Shown here piece by piece: positions 29,996 to 39,817 of a DNA stretch of 64,000 nucleotides (the first letter of the stretch is position 1; the number at the start of each line of letters is the position of its first letter). Source of the stretch: an uncultured Bacilli bacterium (GTDB taxonomy: Bacteria > Bacillota_I > Bacilli_A > RF39 > UBA660); assembly GCA_934098705.1 (NCBI GenBank), contig CAKOPC010000003.1:5321-69320 (forward strand). The letters are read 5' to 3'. Below the pieces are notes generated by a model that saw nothing but the letters and a program-made list of their open reading frames with translations, was not told the DNA's origin and did not search any database. The position numbers and the translations under genes were made by a program.

Positions 29996-30174
29996 AAGTG
30001 TTATTTTTATCAACTCCATCTTAATTATATATAACTAATGTTACATCTAAGTTACAAAATGATAAAAAAAAGAGAATAGTATAAGCTACAATGGTAAAGG
30101 AGGCTTGTCTCAAATTTCTCTATTGCAGCTAGCCAATATAGCCATTCTATCCTCTTAACACTATTTTACCATAT

Positions 30175-30198
30175 TTTTTCCGTTTTCAGTAGAAAATT
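30175..30198 (-). promoter_or_regulatory. Operator copy oriented toward the histidine-kinase remnant
   Basis: Minus-strand reading TTCTACTGAAAACGGAAAAAATATGGTAAAAT (operator + extended -10). A degenerate half-site (GATATCAGTAAAT) also sits near the perR promoter at ~30225-30240. Confidence 0.45.
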
Positions 30199-30282
30199 AT
30201 TATTTATTTACATAAAAGTTTTTGATATCAGTAAATTATTATGATATATTATTAGTAATCATTACTATTAAGGAGGTAATTG

Positions 30283-30653
30283 TGAGAAATACTACACAAA
30301 GAAATTTAATACTAGATATTATTAATAATTCATGCAATCATTTAACAGCAGAAAAAGTACATGAAATTGCTAGAAAAAGTATTTTAAATATTAGTTTAGG
30401 AACAGTATATAGAAATCTAAATATTCTAGTAGAACTTCAAAAGATAAGAAAAATTAAAACTTTTGATGGGAAAGATCATTATGACAAACTGAATATTAAA
30501 CATAATCACTTTATTTGTTTAAAATGTAATAAAATATTTGATATACATGAAGCATCTAATATTGAGTATAAAAATATTCCAAATGATTTTGAAATAGTAA
30601 ACTATGATATTACCTACTCTGGTTATTGTAATGAATGTAAGAAAGGAAAGTAA
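30283..30653 (+). CDS. Fur-family transcriptional regulator (PerR-like)
   Basis: Fur-family DNA-binding helix and two C-terminal CxxC pairs ([10 protein letters not shown] ... GYCNECKK). GTG start after AAGGAGG RBS. Immediately followed by rubrerythrin. Confidence 0.7.
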
Positions 30654-30655
30654 AG

Positions 30656-31198
30656 ATGGAAAATCTAAAAGGAACAAAAACAGAAAAAAATTTAATGGAA
30701 GCATTTGCTGGTGAATCACAAGCAAGAAATAAATATACTTATTATGCTTCTAAGGCAAGAAAAGATGGTTTTGAACAAATTGCTGCAATTTTTGAAGAAA
30801 CTGCTAATAATGAAAAAGAACATGCTAAATTATGGTTTAAAGAACTTCATGGTGGCGAAGTTCCTAGTACATTAGAAAATCTTAATGATGCTGCAAGTGG
30901 TGAAAACTATGAATGGACAGATATGTATGAAAGAATGGCTAAAGAAGCAAAAGAAGAAGGATTTACAAGAATTGCTAATCTTTTTGAAGGAGTTGCCAAA
31001 ATTGAAAAAGAACATGAAGAAAGATACAAAAAATTAATTGAAAATATTAATAATGACTTAGTATTTTCTAGTGAAGGTGATACTATTTGGATATGTCGCA
31101 ACTGTGGTCATATTGTCATTGGTAAAAAAGCACCAGAAGTTTGCCCTGTTTGTTCTCACGCTAAATCATTCTTTGAAAGAAAAGCAAATAATTATTAA
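30656..31198 (+). CDS. rbr: Rubrerythrin
   Basis: Ferritin-like di-iron domain ([33 protein letters not shown]) plus C-terminal rubredoxin-like CRNCGH...CPVCSH. Confidence 0.85.
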   Translation: MENLKGTKTEKNLMEAFAGESQARNKYTYYASKARKDGFEQIAAIFEETANNEKEHAKLWFKELHGGEVPSTLENLNDAASGENYEWTDMYERMAKEAKEEGFTRIANLFEGVAKIEKEHEERYKKLIENINNDLVFSSEGDTIWICRNCGHIVIGKKAPEVCPVCSHAKSFFERKANNY

Positions 31199-31204
31199 TT
31201 TTAT

Positions 31205-31245
31205 GTCAGTAAAAAAGTTTGCAAAAAAGCAAACTTTTTTTATAT
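31205..31245. terminator. Bidirectional intrinsic terminator
   Basis: AAAAAGTTTGC-aaaaaa-GCAAACTTTTT hairpin with flanking T/A runs, between convergent rbr and MMPL genes. Confidence 0.5.
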
Positions 31246-31248
31246 ATT

Positions 31249-33414
31249 TTATGATTTACTCTTATTATTAACTATCTTTTTATCAAATAAGACAATAATA
31301 CTTGGCAAGACAAATAATATTAATAATACTGCAATAGTTACTCCGATTGCTATTATATGGCAGATCTCTCCTATCGCAGGATCTTTAAAGACAAACCCTA
31401 ATACACCAGTTATAATAATCATTATTAGTGATGATGTAAGAATTGTATGAATTGATTTATTATATGTTTCTTTTAAAGATATTCTTATACTGTTTTCTTT
31501 CCTTAGCTCTCTATAATAGTTTGTAAATAATATTGCATAATCAATCGTAGCACCCATTAAGATACTTTGTACTATAAGTAAAGATAGATAATATACTTTC
31601 ATATCTAATATATTAATAATACTCATTAATATATAGACAGCACACTGAATTAGTAATACTAATATAAATGGAATAATTAGCGATTTAAAGGTAAATAAAA
31701 CTACCAAAAATATTAAAACTATTGTAATAATTGTAAGTTTATTCATTTCATAATTAAAGTTATTACTCATTTCATAGTTCATTATAGAATTTCCTATAAA
31801 GTAATATTTTTCATTTAATTTATTCATACATTCTTTGTCTAATTTATCAATAAAAGTAAATGTATCTTTTGATTCTTCTTTATATGATGTGCTTATATTA
31901 ATAATAGAATGGTTTTCTCCAACAAACATTTTTTTAGCTTCTTGTATCATATTATTAGCACTATTTATTTCTAGAAGCATATCATCATTAATCATATTTT
32001 TAAAGTTATTTTGATTTTGTATTATAAAATTAATAAGTTCTTCAAGTGTTAATTTAGAATCATTATTGTATTTATCTTGATAGATAGTTTTATAAATACT
32101 AACGATAATTTCTTTATTAATATCAATATTTTGCATTTTTAAAAAATAATCTAATTCATCGGCATTATATTTTTTCCCTACTGTCGTTTTATAAGTATTT
32201 ATAGTTTTAACCTTATCATCAATAGTTAGATAATTTATAATTTCATCAATATTATCTTCATTTTTATTTTCATATAAAAGTACTATATTATTATCTCTTT
32301 TAAAAACCTTACTGATAGTATTATCTTTCGGTGTATCAAAAGTAACTATATTTGTTCCTTTAATAAAATATAAACCGGCAAATAGTATTATAAAAGTTAA
32401 TGATATTATATATTTATATTTTTGACTAAATATGGCGATTTTTTCCATATTTATATGAGGATATTTCTTATGTGTTTTATATATTAGTTTATCAAATATA
32501 AGTATAAGTGATGGTAATACTGTAAAGATACATATTAAACTAATTAATACTCCTTTAGATAAAACTATTCCTAAATCTGTTCCTATTTTAAAACTCATAA
32601 ATAAAAGTGCTAAAAGTCCTACTATAGTAGTAAATGAACTACCCATAATAGATGGAAATGATTTTTTTATTGCCTCTTTCATTGAAGTTAAATTATTTTT
32701 ATTATTTTCTTTTTCTTCACGGTAGCGATTAAGTAACATTATTGAATAATCCATTGTTAGAACAAGTTGCAAGATAGCTGCGATGGAATAAGTGGTATAT
32801 GACACTTCACCAAGTAAATAATTGGTTCCTAAATTAATGATAATTGCAATTCCTATTGTTATTATAAATAATACCGGTTCTATCCATGATGAACACATAA
32901 TAAGTAATATTATTAGTAGTATTGAAAAAGCAAATATAATAATTGAAATAGGAACATTAGTAGTATCACTATCTAGTTCATATACGAGTTTATATTCTTC
33001 TTTTAGATTATCAAGTTCTTTTTTAATATTTTTTATTTCATCAGAATTAGAATTATATTTACTAGTTAACACATATAACGTGTGATTATCCTTATTATAT
33101 GCATTACTTTCATTATCATAACTGATTGTATAAATGTTTTTTACTTCTTTTAATTTATTATAAACATCTAACTTTTTATTATTATCTAAGTCATCTATCA
33201 TTACCCAAACAGTACTCATATTTTTAACATCTGGTAATTCTTTTTCTAAAATATCAATGCCTTTTTTCATTGAAGAATTAGATGGTAAATATTTAGTCAT
33301 ATCTTGATTTATATTTACTTTATTCATAGCAAATATACTCACGCAAGTAACAAGTAACATAAATAATAAAATATAATTTCTTTTTTCTGTTATGAAATTT
33401 ATTATTTTTTTCAT
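31249..33414 (-). CDS. MMPL/RND-superfamily membrane transporter
   Basis: 721 aa. Two blocks of ~6 TM helices, each preceded by a large extracytoplasmic domain. Divergent from the TetR gene. Confidence 0.6.
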   Translation of the reverse strand: MKKIINFITEKRNYILLFMLLVTCVSIFAMNKVNINQDMTKYLPSNSSMKKGIDILEKELPDVKNMSTVWVMIDDLDNNKKLDVYNKLKEVKNIYTISYDNESNAYNKDNHTLYVLTSKYNSNSDEIKNIKKELDNLKEEYKLVYELDSDTTNVPISIIIFAFSILLIILLIMCSSWIEPVLFIITIGIAIIINLGTNYLLGEVSYTTYSIAAILQLVLTMDYSIMLLNRYREEKENNKNNLTSMKEAIKKSFPSIMGSSFTTIVGLLALLFMSFKIGTDLGIVLSKGVLISLICIFTVLPSLILIFDKLIYKTHKKYPHINMEKIAIFSQKYKYIISLTFIILFAGLYFIKGTNIVTFDTPKDNTISKVFKRDNNIVLLYENKNEDNIDEIINYLTIDDKVKTINTYKTTVGKKYNADELDYFLKMQNIDINKEIIVSIYKTIYQDKYNNDSKLTLEELINFIIQNQNNFKNMINDDMLLEINSANNMIQEAKKMFVGENHSIINISTSYKEESKDTFTFIDKLDKECMNKLNEKYYFIGNSIMNYEMSNNFNYEMNKLTIITIVLIFLVVLFTFKSLIIPFILVLLIQCAVYILMSIINILDMKVYYLSLLIVQSILMGATIDYAILFTNYYRELRKENSIRISLKETYNKSIHTILTSSLIMIIITGVLGFVFKDPAIGEICHIIAIGVTIAVLLILFVLPSIIVLFDKKIVNNKSKS

Positions 33415-33508
33415 TAATAATTTCTCCCTTCTTTGACTTATATGTCTATTTATATTATAATATACATATGTTGATTTTACAGCCAGCAGTTTATAAAAAT
33501 TTGTTATT

Positions 33509-33540
33509 AAATAAACATTAAAATAATATATGTTTATTTA
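33509..33540. promoter_or_regulatory. Perfect 10-bp inverted repeat AAATAAACAT-N11-ATGTTTATTT in the MMPL/TetR divergent intergenic region (candidate TetR operator)
   Basis: Seen directly in sequence; position is typical for TetR autoregulatory operators. Confidence 0.4.
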
Positions 33541-33564
33541 ATAAATGAAAGGAGTAAATTATTT

Positions 33565-34095
33565 ATGAATATCAAAGATAATCGTCGTGTTTCAATGACT
33601 AAAAAAATTATTAAAGATACATTTATTGAAATGTTAGAAAAGAAAAATATTCAAAAGATTTATGTTAGAGAATTATGTGAATCTGCTGATATTAATAGAA
33701 GTACATTCTATAAATATTATGAATCACAATATGATTTATTAGCAGAAATGCAAAATGATTTGCTCATTCAAATAGAAGAAAAATGTAAAGATACTGATAA
33801 TATAAAAGGATTAAATAATATATTACATTATCTAAATAATAATAAAAAAATGTATAAGATTATTTTTAATGCAAATATTGATCCAATATTTCCAAAAAAA
33901 TTGTTAAATTTGCCTATTATTACTGAAATATTAAATAGCAAAATGTCTAGTAAAACTGAAACTAAATATAAGAAAACTTATATTCTTGAGGGTGGATACC
34001 ATGTTATATTAGAATGGTTAAATAATGATTGCAAAGAACCGGCAGAAAAGATAACTGAAGTCCTTATGAAATATATAAATCAAAATTTGAAATAG
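33565..34095 (+). CDS. TetR/AcrR-family transcriptional regulator
   Basis: N-terminal HTH KIYVRELCESADINRSTFYKYYESQYDL; 176 aa. Confidence 0.75.
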   Translation: MNIKDNRRVSMTKKIIKDTFIEMLEKKNIQKIYVRELCESADINRSTFYKYYESQYDLLAEMQNDLLIQIEEKCKDTDNIKGLNNILHYLNNNKKMYKIIFNANIDPIFPKKLLNLPIITEILNSKMSSKTETKYKKTYILEGGYHVILEWLNNDCKEPAEKITEVLMKYINQNLK

Positions 34096-34100
34096 AAAAA

Positions 34101-34145
34101 AAGTTTATAGAAAGTAAATATATCTATAAACTTTTTATTTATACT
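34101..34145. terminator. Bidirectional intrinsic terminator
   Basis: AGTTTATAG-aaagtaaatatat-CTATAAACT hairpin flanked by A/T runs, between convergent genes. Confidence 0.4.
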
Positions 34146-35559
34146 GATAAGGATTATTAACTGTCCCATCTCCTGTCATTTCAAAATTGCCGTTTATTGT
34201 TATGACTGGTCTTATATAATAACTATTCGTTAATAAATTTCTAGTCCAGTCAGTAGGAGATCCATTTTTATCTACAATAAAAACATTTCCATTTTTATAT
34301 GTTGGATCGTAATATGCTGGGGATAATGTCCAGTAGTAATCAGGAATGCTAGAATTATATAAGAAATATGAAGTGTTATTTTTTTTATAAGCTCCTCCTG
34401 CTAAAACAACTTCTTCTGCACTTATTAATCCAATATTTTCTTGAGTAATATATTTACTAGGACAAACTAGTATTGGAGAATAATTATTACTATCTTGACC
34501 TAAATTTTCATATGATTGAAAATAATTAACATTCGCATATGTACCTGATGATTTTCTTGTATAATAATCAAGATTTATACAAAAATTTGATTTTACGATT
34601 TTATCAGAATTAGATGCTAAATTATTTTGATACCAATTATCTAAAATTGGTTTAATATTACTATTACCATAAGCAAGCATTTCTTTTGCTAAATCTATTG
34701 TATCAGCAGAAGCACTATCTCTATATTTAGATGTTGTTCCACTTATTACACCATCTAATACAATTCTTAGATTACCATTTTCATCTATTTGTAGTATTCT
34801 CCATGTGAACCCTCCAAAAGAAACATAGTTATCATCATAATTACCTCTTAGTAAAATTACATTTTCATTATTTATACCTTTTATAGTATGTATTTCTTTT
34901 CCAGTAGCAATATTACTAAATTTTTGTTTTCTTTCTGTTTCTTCCATACTTTCAATATCTATATGTTCTATATCTTGGGCATTACCAGATGGTACATAAT
35001 TATTTACAAGAGTTGTTTCCATTTGAGTTTGATTTATTTTAAAGTTAAAACCTATATATGATACTAAAGTGTTAGAATCAGGAACAATATTATCTTTATA
35101 ACTAAAAGTAATACTAAATTCTTTAAATGTATGTGGCTCTATCTTAGTATCTTTATCTATACCAGTTAATGTAAATATTATATTTTGATTACTATAGAAT
35201 GCATTATCATAAATAGGATTATTAAATCTATATGTTTCGTTATTTTTATTATACACTTTAATTTTATATGTAATAGAGGAGTTTCCATTTGTGTTTGATA
35301 ATACAATTCTAGAATTTAAAGTGGTACTAGAAAATGTTATTATTTTTGACTCTTCTAAATTTGCATCGATATTTGAATCATAATTAACTTCAGTTATAAA
35401 TAAACCATCTTGTGAAACAAGACTAACATCTCCACTAATATCAAGAGTAATAGAGTTTACTATTGCATATCCAATAGACATAAATAAAGTTGTAAGCGTA
35501 ATCAAAAATAAATAAAGTGGCTTTTTATTAATATTTTTATTTTTTATTGATTTATCCAT
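34135..35559 (-). CDS. Large secreted protein with SipW-cognate (TasA/camelysin-type) N-terminal signal region
   Basis: N-terminal TM then SIGYAIVNSITLDISGDVSL, which parallels the GVGYALTTIDLKVNGDITV segment of the TasA-like protein in the same operon. Start probably MDKSIKN. Confidence 0.45.
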   Translation of the reverse strand: MDKSIKNKNINKKPLYLFLITLTTLFMSIGYAIVNSITLDISGDVSLVSQDGLFITEVNYDSNIDANLEESKIITFSSTTLNSRIVLSNTNGNSSITYKIKVYNKNNETYRFNNPIYDNAFYSNQNIIFTLTGIDKDTKIEPHTFKEFSITFSYKDNIVPDSNTLVSYIGFNFKINQTQMETTLVNNYVPSGNAQDIEHIDIESMEETERKQKFSNIATGKEIHTIKGINNENVILLRGNYDDNYVSFGGFTWRILQIDENGNLRIVLDGVISGTTSKYRDSASADTIDLAKEMLAYGNSNIKPILDNWYQNNLASNSDKIVKSNFCINLDYYTRKSSGTYANVNYFQSYENLGQDSNNYSPILVCPSKYITQENIGLISAEEVVLAGGAYKKNNTSYFLYNSSIPDYYWTLSPAYYDPTYKNGNVFIVDKNGSPTDWTRNLLTNSYYIRPVITINGNFEMTGDGTVNNPYQYK

Positions 35560-35604
35560 ATATATCACCATTTATTTAAAATAAAAGAATATGATAGAAA
35601 AGTA

Positions 35605-36738
35605 TCATAATTCAAAATCATTAATTATTCCTTTTTCTACTGCATTTTCTCTCATTTGCTTTTTTATTTTAGATACTTTCAAAGAATAAGTATAAAGAAT
35701 CTTTGTGTTACTAGGAATTATAAAATATACTCCAGTTTTTTCTTTGTTTTCAGTCATTAATATTGGTTGACCTAGTGTATCCCTTATTTCTAACATATCA
35801 GTAAATTCATCTACTTGAAGAACTTGATATCCACTTAAATCAAATGAATTATTTATTTTTTGAATATAACTTTTATAATTGTTAAGAATTTTTTGCAATT
35901 CTCTTTGATATATGCTTTCAGCTGTTCTTGTTTTAATTATATATTTTACTAAAATCACTAAAACTATAATTTCAATTAGAAACACTATAACTGCAACGAC
36001 TAGGAATAAAAAGTTAAATGGAGATTTTTCTATACAAGCCATAAAGTTTTCTTGCTTTGCATCTACTAGACTTTTTGAGATATCAATGGCAACTGTCTTG
36101 GTAGTTAGTGGAATACTTAAAGAAACAGTTGATGTCTTATCCGTATCTTTGATATCTTCACATTCTCCTAATACCTTAATATTCATAACTATATCAAGAG
36201 TTGCTATAGACTCATCTAAATTATATATACTAACAAATTTTTTAATTAAATCATTATATTTATTATAATCTATTGTTACATCTTCTTTTATTTGTACACT
36301 TGATTTACTATTTGAATGATTTATCTTATCACTAATAAGCGTATCAGTGTATTTATATATTGAGTTTTTAGTATTTTTATCTATTACATTTACATTTGCT
36401 TCAATAGAATACTGATATTTATAATCTATATTTTTTTCGCTAACATTTAAATTATAATCAAATGTGGCATTAATATAATCTATAAGATTAGCTATATATT
36501 GATTATTTGCATCTAGATACTCTTTATTAAAGAATTCATTATCTTTTAAATAAACTTTATAATCTATTTTACTTTCTTCATTATAAGGAACGTAATAAGT
36601 TTTATTCTTTGTTAAAAATAGACACACGAAAGACATAACTATGAATGTTAAGATAAATAACACACAAGCATAACTTATAATCGTTTTTCTACGTTTAGTT
36701 TGATCAACAAGTATTGCATTAACTTGATTCTTTTTCAT
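35605..36738 (-). CDS. Two-TM membrane protein of unknown function within the fibre operon
   Basis: 377 aa; TM near the N-terminus and at ~aa 235-265. Confidence 0.4.
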   Translation of the reverse strand: MKKNQVNAILVDQTKRRKTIISYACVLFILTFIVMSFVCLFLTKNKTYYVPYNEESKIDYKVYLKDNEFFNKEYLDANNQYIANLIDYINATFDYNLNVSEKNIDYKYQYSIEANVNVIDKNTKNSIYKYTDTLISDKINHSNSKSSVQIKEDVTIDYNKYNDLIKKFVSIYNLDESIATLDIVMNIKVLGECEDIKDTDKTSTVSLSIPLTTKTVAIDISKSLVDAKQENFMACIEKSPFNFLFLVVAVIVFLIEIIVLVILVKYIIKTRTAESIYQRELQKILNNYKSYIQKINNSFDLSGYQVLQVDEFTDMLEIRDTLGQPILMTENKEKTGVYFIIPSNTKILYTYSLKVSKIKKQMRENAVEKGIINDFEL

Positions 36739-36771
36739 AGTTAGACTCCTTTCTTTTTATTCTATATTTAT

Positions 36772-37890
36772 TTATGAAAACATTTCTTTTATCCAAATTG
36801 ATGGATAACCAATATATTTTATTCTTAATTTTGATATCCCAATGATATCACTATCCACTAAATAATAATCATCTGCACTCATATTGGCGTCCCCTTTAGT
36901 GTAATATCTAATACTACCATTTATATCTTTTTTATCAATAACTCTATGTATAATTTGCAATCCGTCTTTTTTAAATACGATAATATCTCCTGTTTTAATG
37001 TTTTGTTTATCATATTTAACAAATATTGTTGTATCTCCCATATTAAGAGCTCCTGTCATACTTTTAGATCCAATTACCAATATTCCATATTTAAACTGAC
37101 AAGATATTAACATTGTTATCGAAGATAAAACTATTATTAATATAGTAGTCCCCACAATCTCTCTTTTTTTATCCTTATAAGCAACTGCAAAATTTGTTTT
37201 TGAATAGGTATATTCTAGAAACAAATATATAAAGTATGGATAAACAATTTTTAAAAATGTTCTAAAGAAGATGTATATGTTTGGAGTATAAGGAATAATA
37301 AAAGAATATAAAATAGTTATTAGTCTATATACAACAACACTGTTTTTCCCATATCTTAGTGAAATATAATTATAAAGCAAATTACTTGAAATAGATGAGA
37401 ATACAATAAAACCGATTATAATTAATAAATCCTCTAGGTTCGAGTAACTATAAACTTCACCATAAATTATTAGATCAATAAGAACAAATGCAATAAAGGG
37501 GATTATCTTAGCAAATTTTCCTCGTTGTGCTAGAAATATTTCTCTAATTACTTCAGTTGAGTACACAATGATTGTTATTGGAATTATATAATATAATAAA
37601 GCAACTTTACCAAATTTAACCGAAGATTCATAAAAACCAAAGTGTATTCCCATTAGGTAAAAAACTATTAGATAAATAATTCCCATTGCACTCATTACTA
37701 TTGTTACTTCTTTTTTGTAGTGAGATATAATATTTCTTTTTTTAATTATTTTTTTTAGTATCAACATATAAATAAGAAGAAATATTGACAAATATATTGT
37801 TTTATATATTGTTGACACAAAGAGAATAAAGAAAAGAAATGTAACTAAAATAAATTCAAACACATAATTTTTTATCTTATCTATACCCAT
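36772..37890 (-). CDS. Fusion of a polytopic membrane domain (~250 aa, ~8 TM) with a C-terminal SipW/ER-type signal peptidase I (S26B) domain
   Basis: C-terminal GSKSMTGALNMGD (catalytic Ser box), DIIVF, IIHRV (His), YYTKGDAN: Ser/His-type S26B signature. Confidence 0.6.
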   Translation of the reverse strand: MGIDKIKNYVFEFILVTFLFFILFVSTIYKTIYLSIFLLIYMLILKKIIKKRNIISHYKKEVTIVMSAMGIIYLIVFYLMGIHFGFYESSVKFGKVALLYYIIPITIIVYSTEVIREIFLAQRGKFAKIIPFIAFVLIDLIIYGEVYSYSNLEDLLIIIGFIVFSSISSNLLYNYISLRYGKNSVVVYRLITILYSFIIPYTPNIYIFFRTFLKIVYPYFIYLFLEYTYSKTNFAVAYKDKKREIVGTTILIIVLSSITMLISCQFKYGILVIGSKSMTGALNMGDTTIFVKYDKQNIKTGDIIVFKKDGLQIIHRVIDKKDINGSIRYYTKGDANMSADDYYLVDSDIIGISKLRIKYIGYPSIWIKEMFS

Positions 37891-37927
37891 AAAATCCCTC
37901 TTCTTTATCTACTTTCTATCAACTATA

Positions 37928-38443
37928 TTACTTTGTTGCACTAGCATTAAATGTAACAGTAAAGTTTCCTGTAACTTCTTCTAAAGGTGCTTTTACTAAT
38001 TCAACTGTAACAGTTAGTTTCTTTGTTCCATTTGGAGCAATAGCAGCGTTATCTGCAAGTTCTGCTGTAACTGTATAATAATCTTTTGCAGTATCATCTG
38101 TTTGTGTTGCTGTTGGATTAGATAATGTTGCGTTAATACCAGCTTTACTGTTATTAGTTATTGTGTATTCTGCAACAACTTTTTCACCAACTGTTTTTAA
38201 TGTTTTTACAGATAGTGTTGCTATTTTTCCATTTCCTTTATCAGCTGTATCAGTTTTACCTGTTAAAGTTCCAGTTGTTGTTATGCTAGCATCAGTAAAA
38301 TTAACATCAAAGTTACTATCATCTGGACTAACTGTAATATCACCATTTACTTTTAAGTCAATAGTAGTAAGGGCATAACCAACACCTAAAACTAGTACTG
38401 CAACAACTAAAGCAAGAGCAACAAATGATTTTTTCTTTTTCAT
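37928..38443 (-). CDS. TasA/camelysin-like secreted fibre subunit candidate (SipW-cognate signal peptide)
   Basis: 171 aa. MKKKKSFVALALVVAVLVLGVGYALTTIDLKVNGDITV then Thr/Asn/Val-rich beta-type sequence. Immediately upstream of the SipW-like peptidase. Confidence 0.5.
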   Translation of the reverse strand: MKKKKSFVALALVVAVLVLGVGYALTTIDLKVNGDITVSPDDSNFDVNFTDASITTTGTLTGKTDTADKGNGKIATLSVKTLKTVGEKVVAEYTITNNSKAGINATLSNPTATQTDDTAKDYYTVTAELADNAAIAPNGTKKLTVTVELVKAPLEEVTGNFTVTFNASATK

Positions 38444-38605
38444 CTCTTTTCACCTCCTCGCACAATATTTTTATGGGAGTAATCTACATAATAGCTACTC
38501 CCAAATAACTATCATGCTTTTTAAGGTTAAGATATAAGAATATAAACTATTTAAAATTAGAGTCTGTCCTTCTACCTTAATCTTACAATTATAATTATAT
38601 CATAC

Positions 38606-38648
38606 TTTTCCGAAATCGGCAAAGAAAATTTTCGTTTTCGGAAAAAAT
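38606..38648 (-). promoter_or_regulatory. Two operator copies overlapping the promoter of the tasA-like/sipW operon
   Basis: Gene-strand reading CCGAAAACGAAAATTTTCTTTGCCGATTTCGGAAAAGTATGATATAAT. CCGATTTCGG is a perfect palindrome; it sits in -35 position, 17 bp from TATAAT. Confidence 0.5.
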
Positions 38649-38723
38649 AAATATAAAAAAGAGTTATATGTGTATTATTTATTCATTAGTTAACAAAAAA
38701 AGAAATCTAATTAAATAGATTCC

Positions 38724-39806
38724 TTATCTCATAGAAAAACTATTATTTATAGTTAATATACTATACATAAAAAGAACATCTTGATTATTAAATTTTATAT
38801 AATTATTCAAAATCCTTGAAGAAACATATCTAATATCAATAACAGTAATCTTCTTATAACCCTCTATTAACAAAGGAATTAAACTACTACCATAAGAATC
38901 ACGGAAAACAATTAATTCTTTATTACTATTTGAAGTAGGATTAACAATATCAATAATAGAAGATGCTCCTGATAAATATATATCATATTTATCTAATGAT
39001 TTTAGTTTGTCATAATCATATATTTGTGTATATTTTTTAGTTTCATAATTATACACACTGCTATTAAGAGTAGATGGATTAGATATAGTTTTTATAGTAT
39101 CAATATCTTTAGTTACTGATAATCTACCAGCATAACTACCTTTAAAAGTAGTAACAGTATTTATAACATTGTTATTAGTTATATCAAAGTTCATTTGATT
39201 AGCAATAGTATTTGCAACATTAAATAAATCTTCTTGTTTCCAATGAGTATCAGTCTTATAATAATTATTAAGTGTTAATTTATCAAATATATTTATATAA
39301 TTAAGACTTGTTAAATTACTTTTCATCATATCTTGTAATTTATTATAATCAAGTTTTAAATTACCTTTATTAACAAAATAATTTTTATCAGGAATAATAG
39401 TATAATATATATTACTATTATTATTCAAATATGTATTTTTTATATAATTAATCTTATTTGTTAAATTATTAATAGAATTAGTATTTAAAGGAAATATTTC
39501 TTCAACAATATAATCATCGTACATATATAAATTATTATATTCACCTTTAGTAGATAATTCTATATCTATTTTAATTTTTCTAAAAGTATCTCTTTTAATA
39601 AACTGATCCGTAACATAGGAATCAAATTTCTTAAAATATGTACCATCAAACAAGCTTTTAGTAGTTAGTTCTGGCATAGTAGCAAGTTTTCTTCTCTCTG
39701 CTATAGAAATATCAGTATCTTTTTTTATAACATTAATCAAAAATAATGAAATTATAGTAAAAAGAAATACTAAAGTTACAACTATATTTTTAATTTTATC
39801 GTTCAT
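38724..39806 (-). CDS. DHHW-family (AlgX/DltD-like SGNH-type) extracytoplasmic O-acyltransferase partner
   Basis: N-terminal TM anchor; KTDTHW (DHHW-like) motif. Located directly downstream of the MBOAT gene. Confidence 0.55.
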   Translation of the reverse strand: MNDKIKNIVVTLVFLFTIISLFLINVIKKDTDISIAERRKLATMPELTTKSLFDGTYFKKFDSYVTDQFIKRDTFRKIKIDIELSTKGEYNNLYMYDDYIVEEIFPLNTNSINNLTNKINYIKNTYLNNNSNIYYTIIPDKNYFVNKGNLKLDYNKLQDMMKSNLTSLNYINIFDKLTLNNYYKTDTHWKQEDLFNVANTIANQMNFDITNNNVINTVTTFKGSYAGRLSVTKDIDTIKTISNPSTLNSSVYNYETKKYTQIYDYDKLKSLDKYDIYLSGASSIIDIVNPTSNSNKELIVFRDSYGSSLIPLLIEGYKKITVIDIRYVSSRILNNYIKFNNQDVLFMYSILTINNSFSMR

Positions 39807-39817
39807 GTATAACCTCC

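Noticed and set aside
30283-30653. Fur/PerR protein as the binder of the TACYGAWWTCRGTA operator
   Set aside because: The operator does not resemble Fur/PerR boxes (AT-rich 7-1-7 repeats), and the full copy at 30175-30198 is oriented away from perR.
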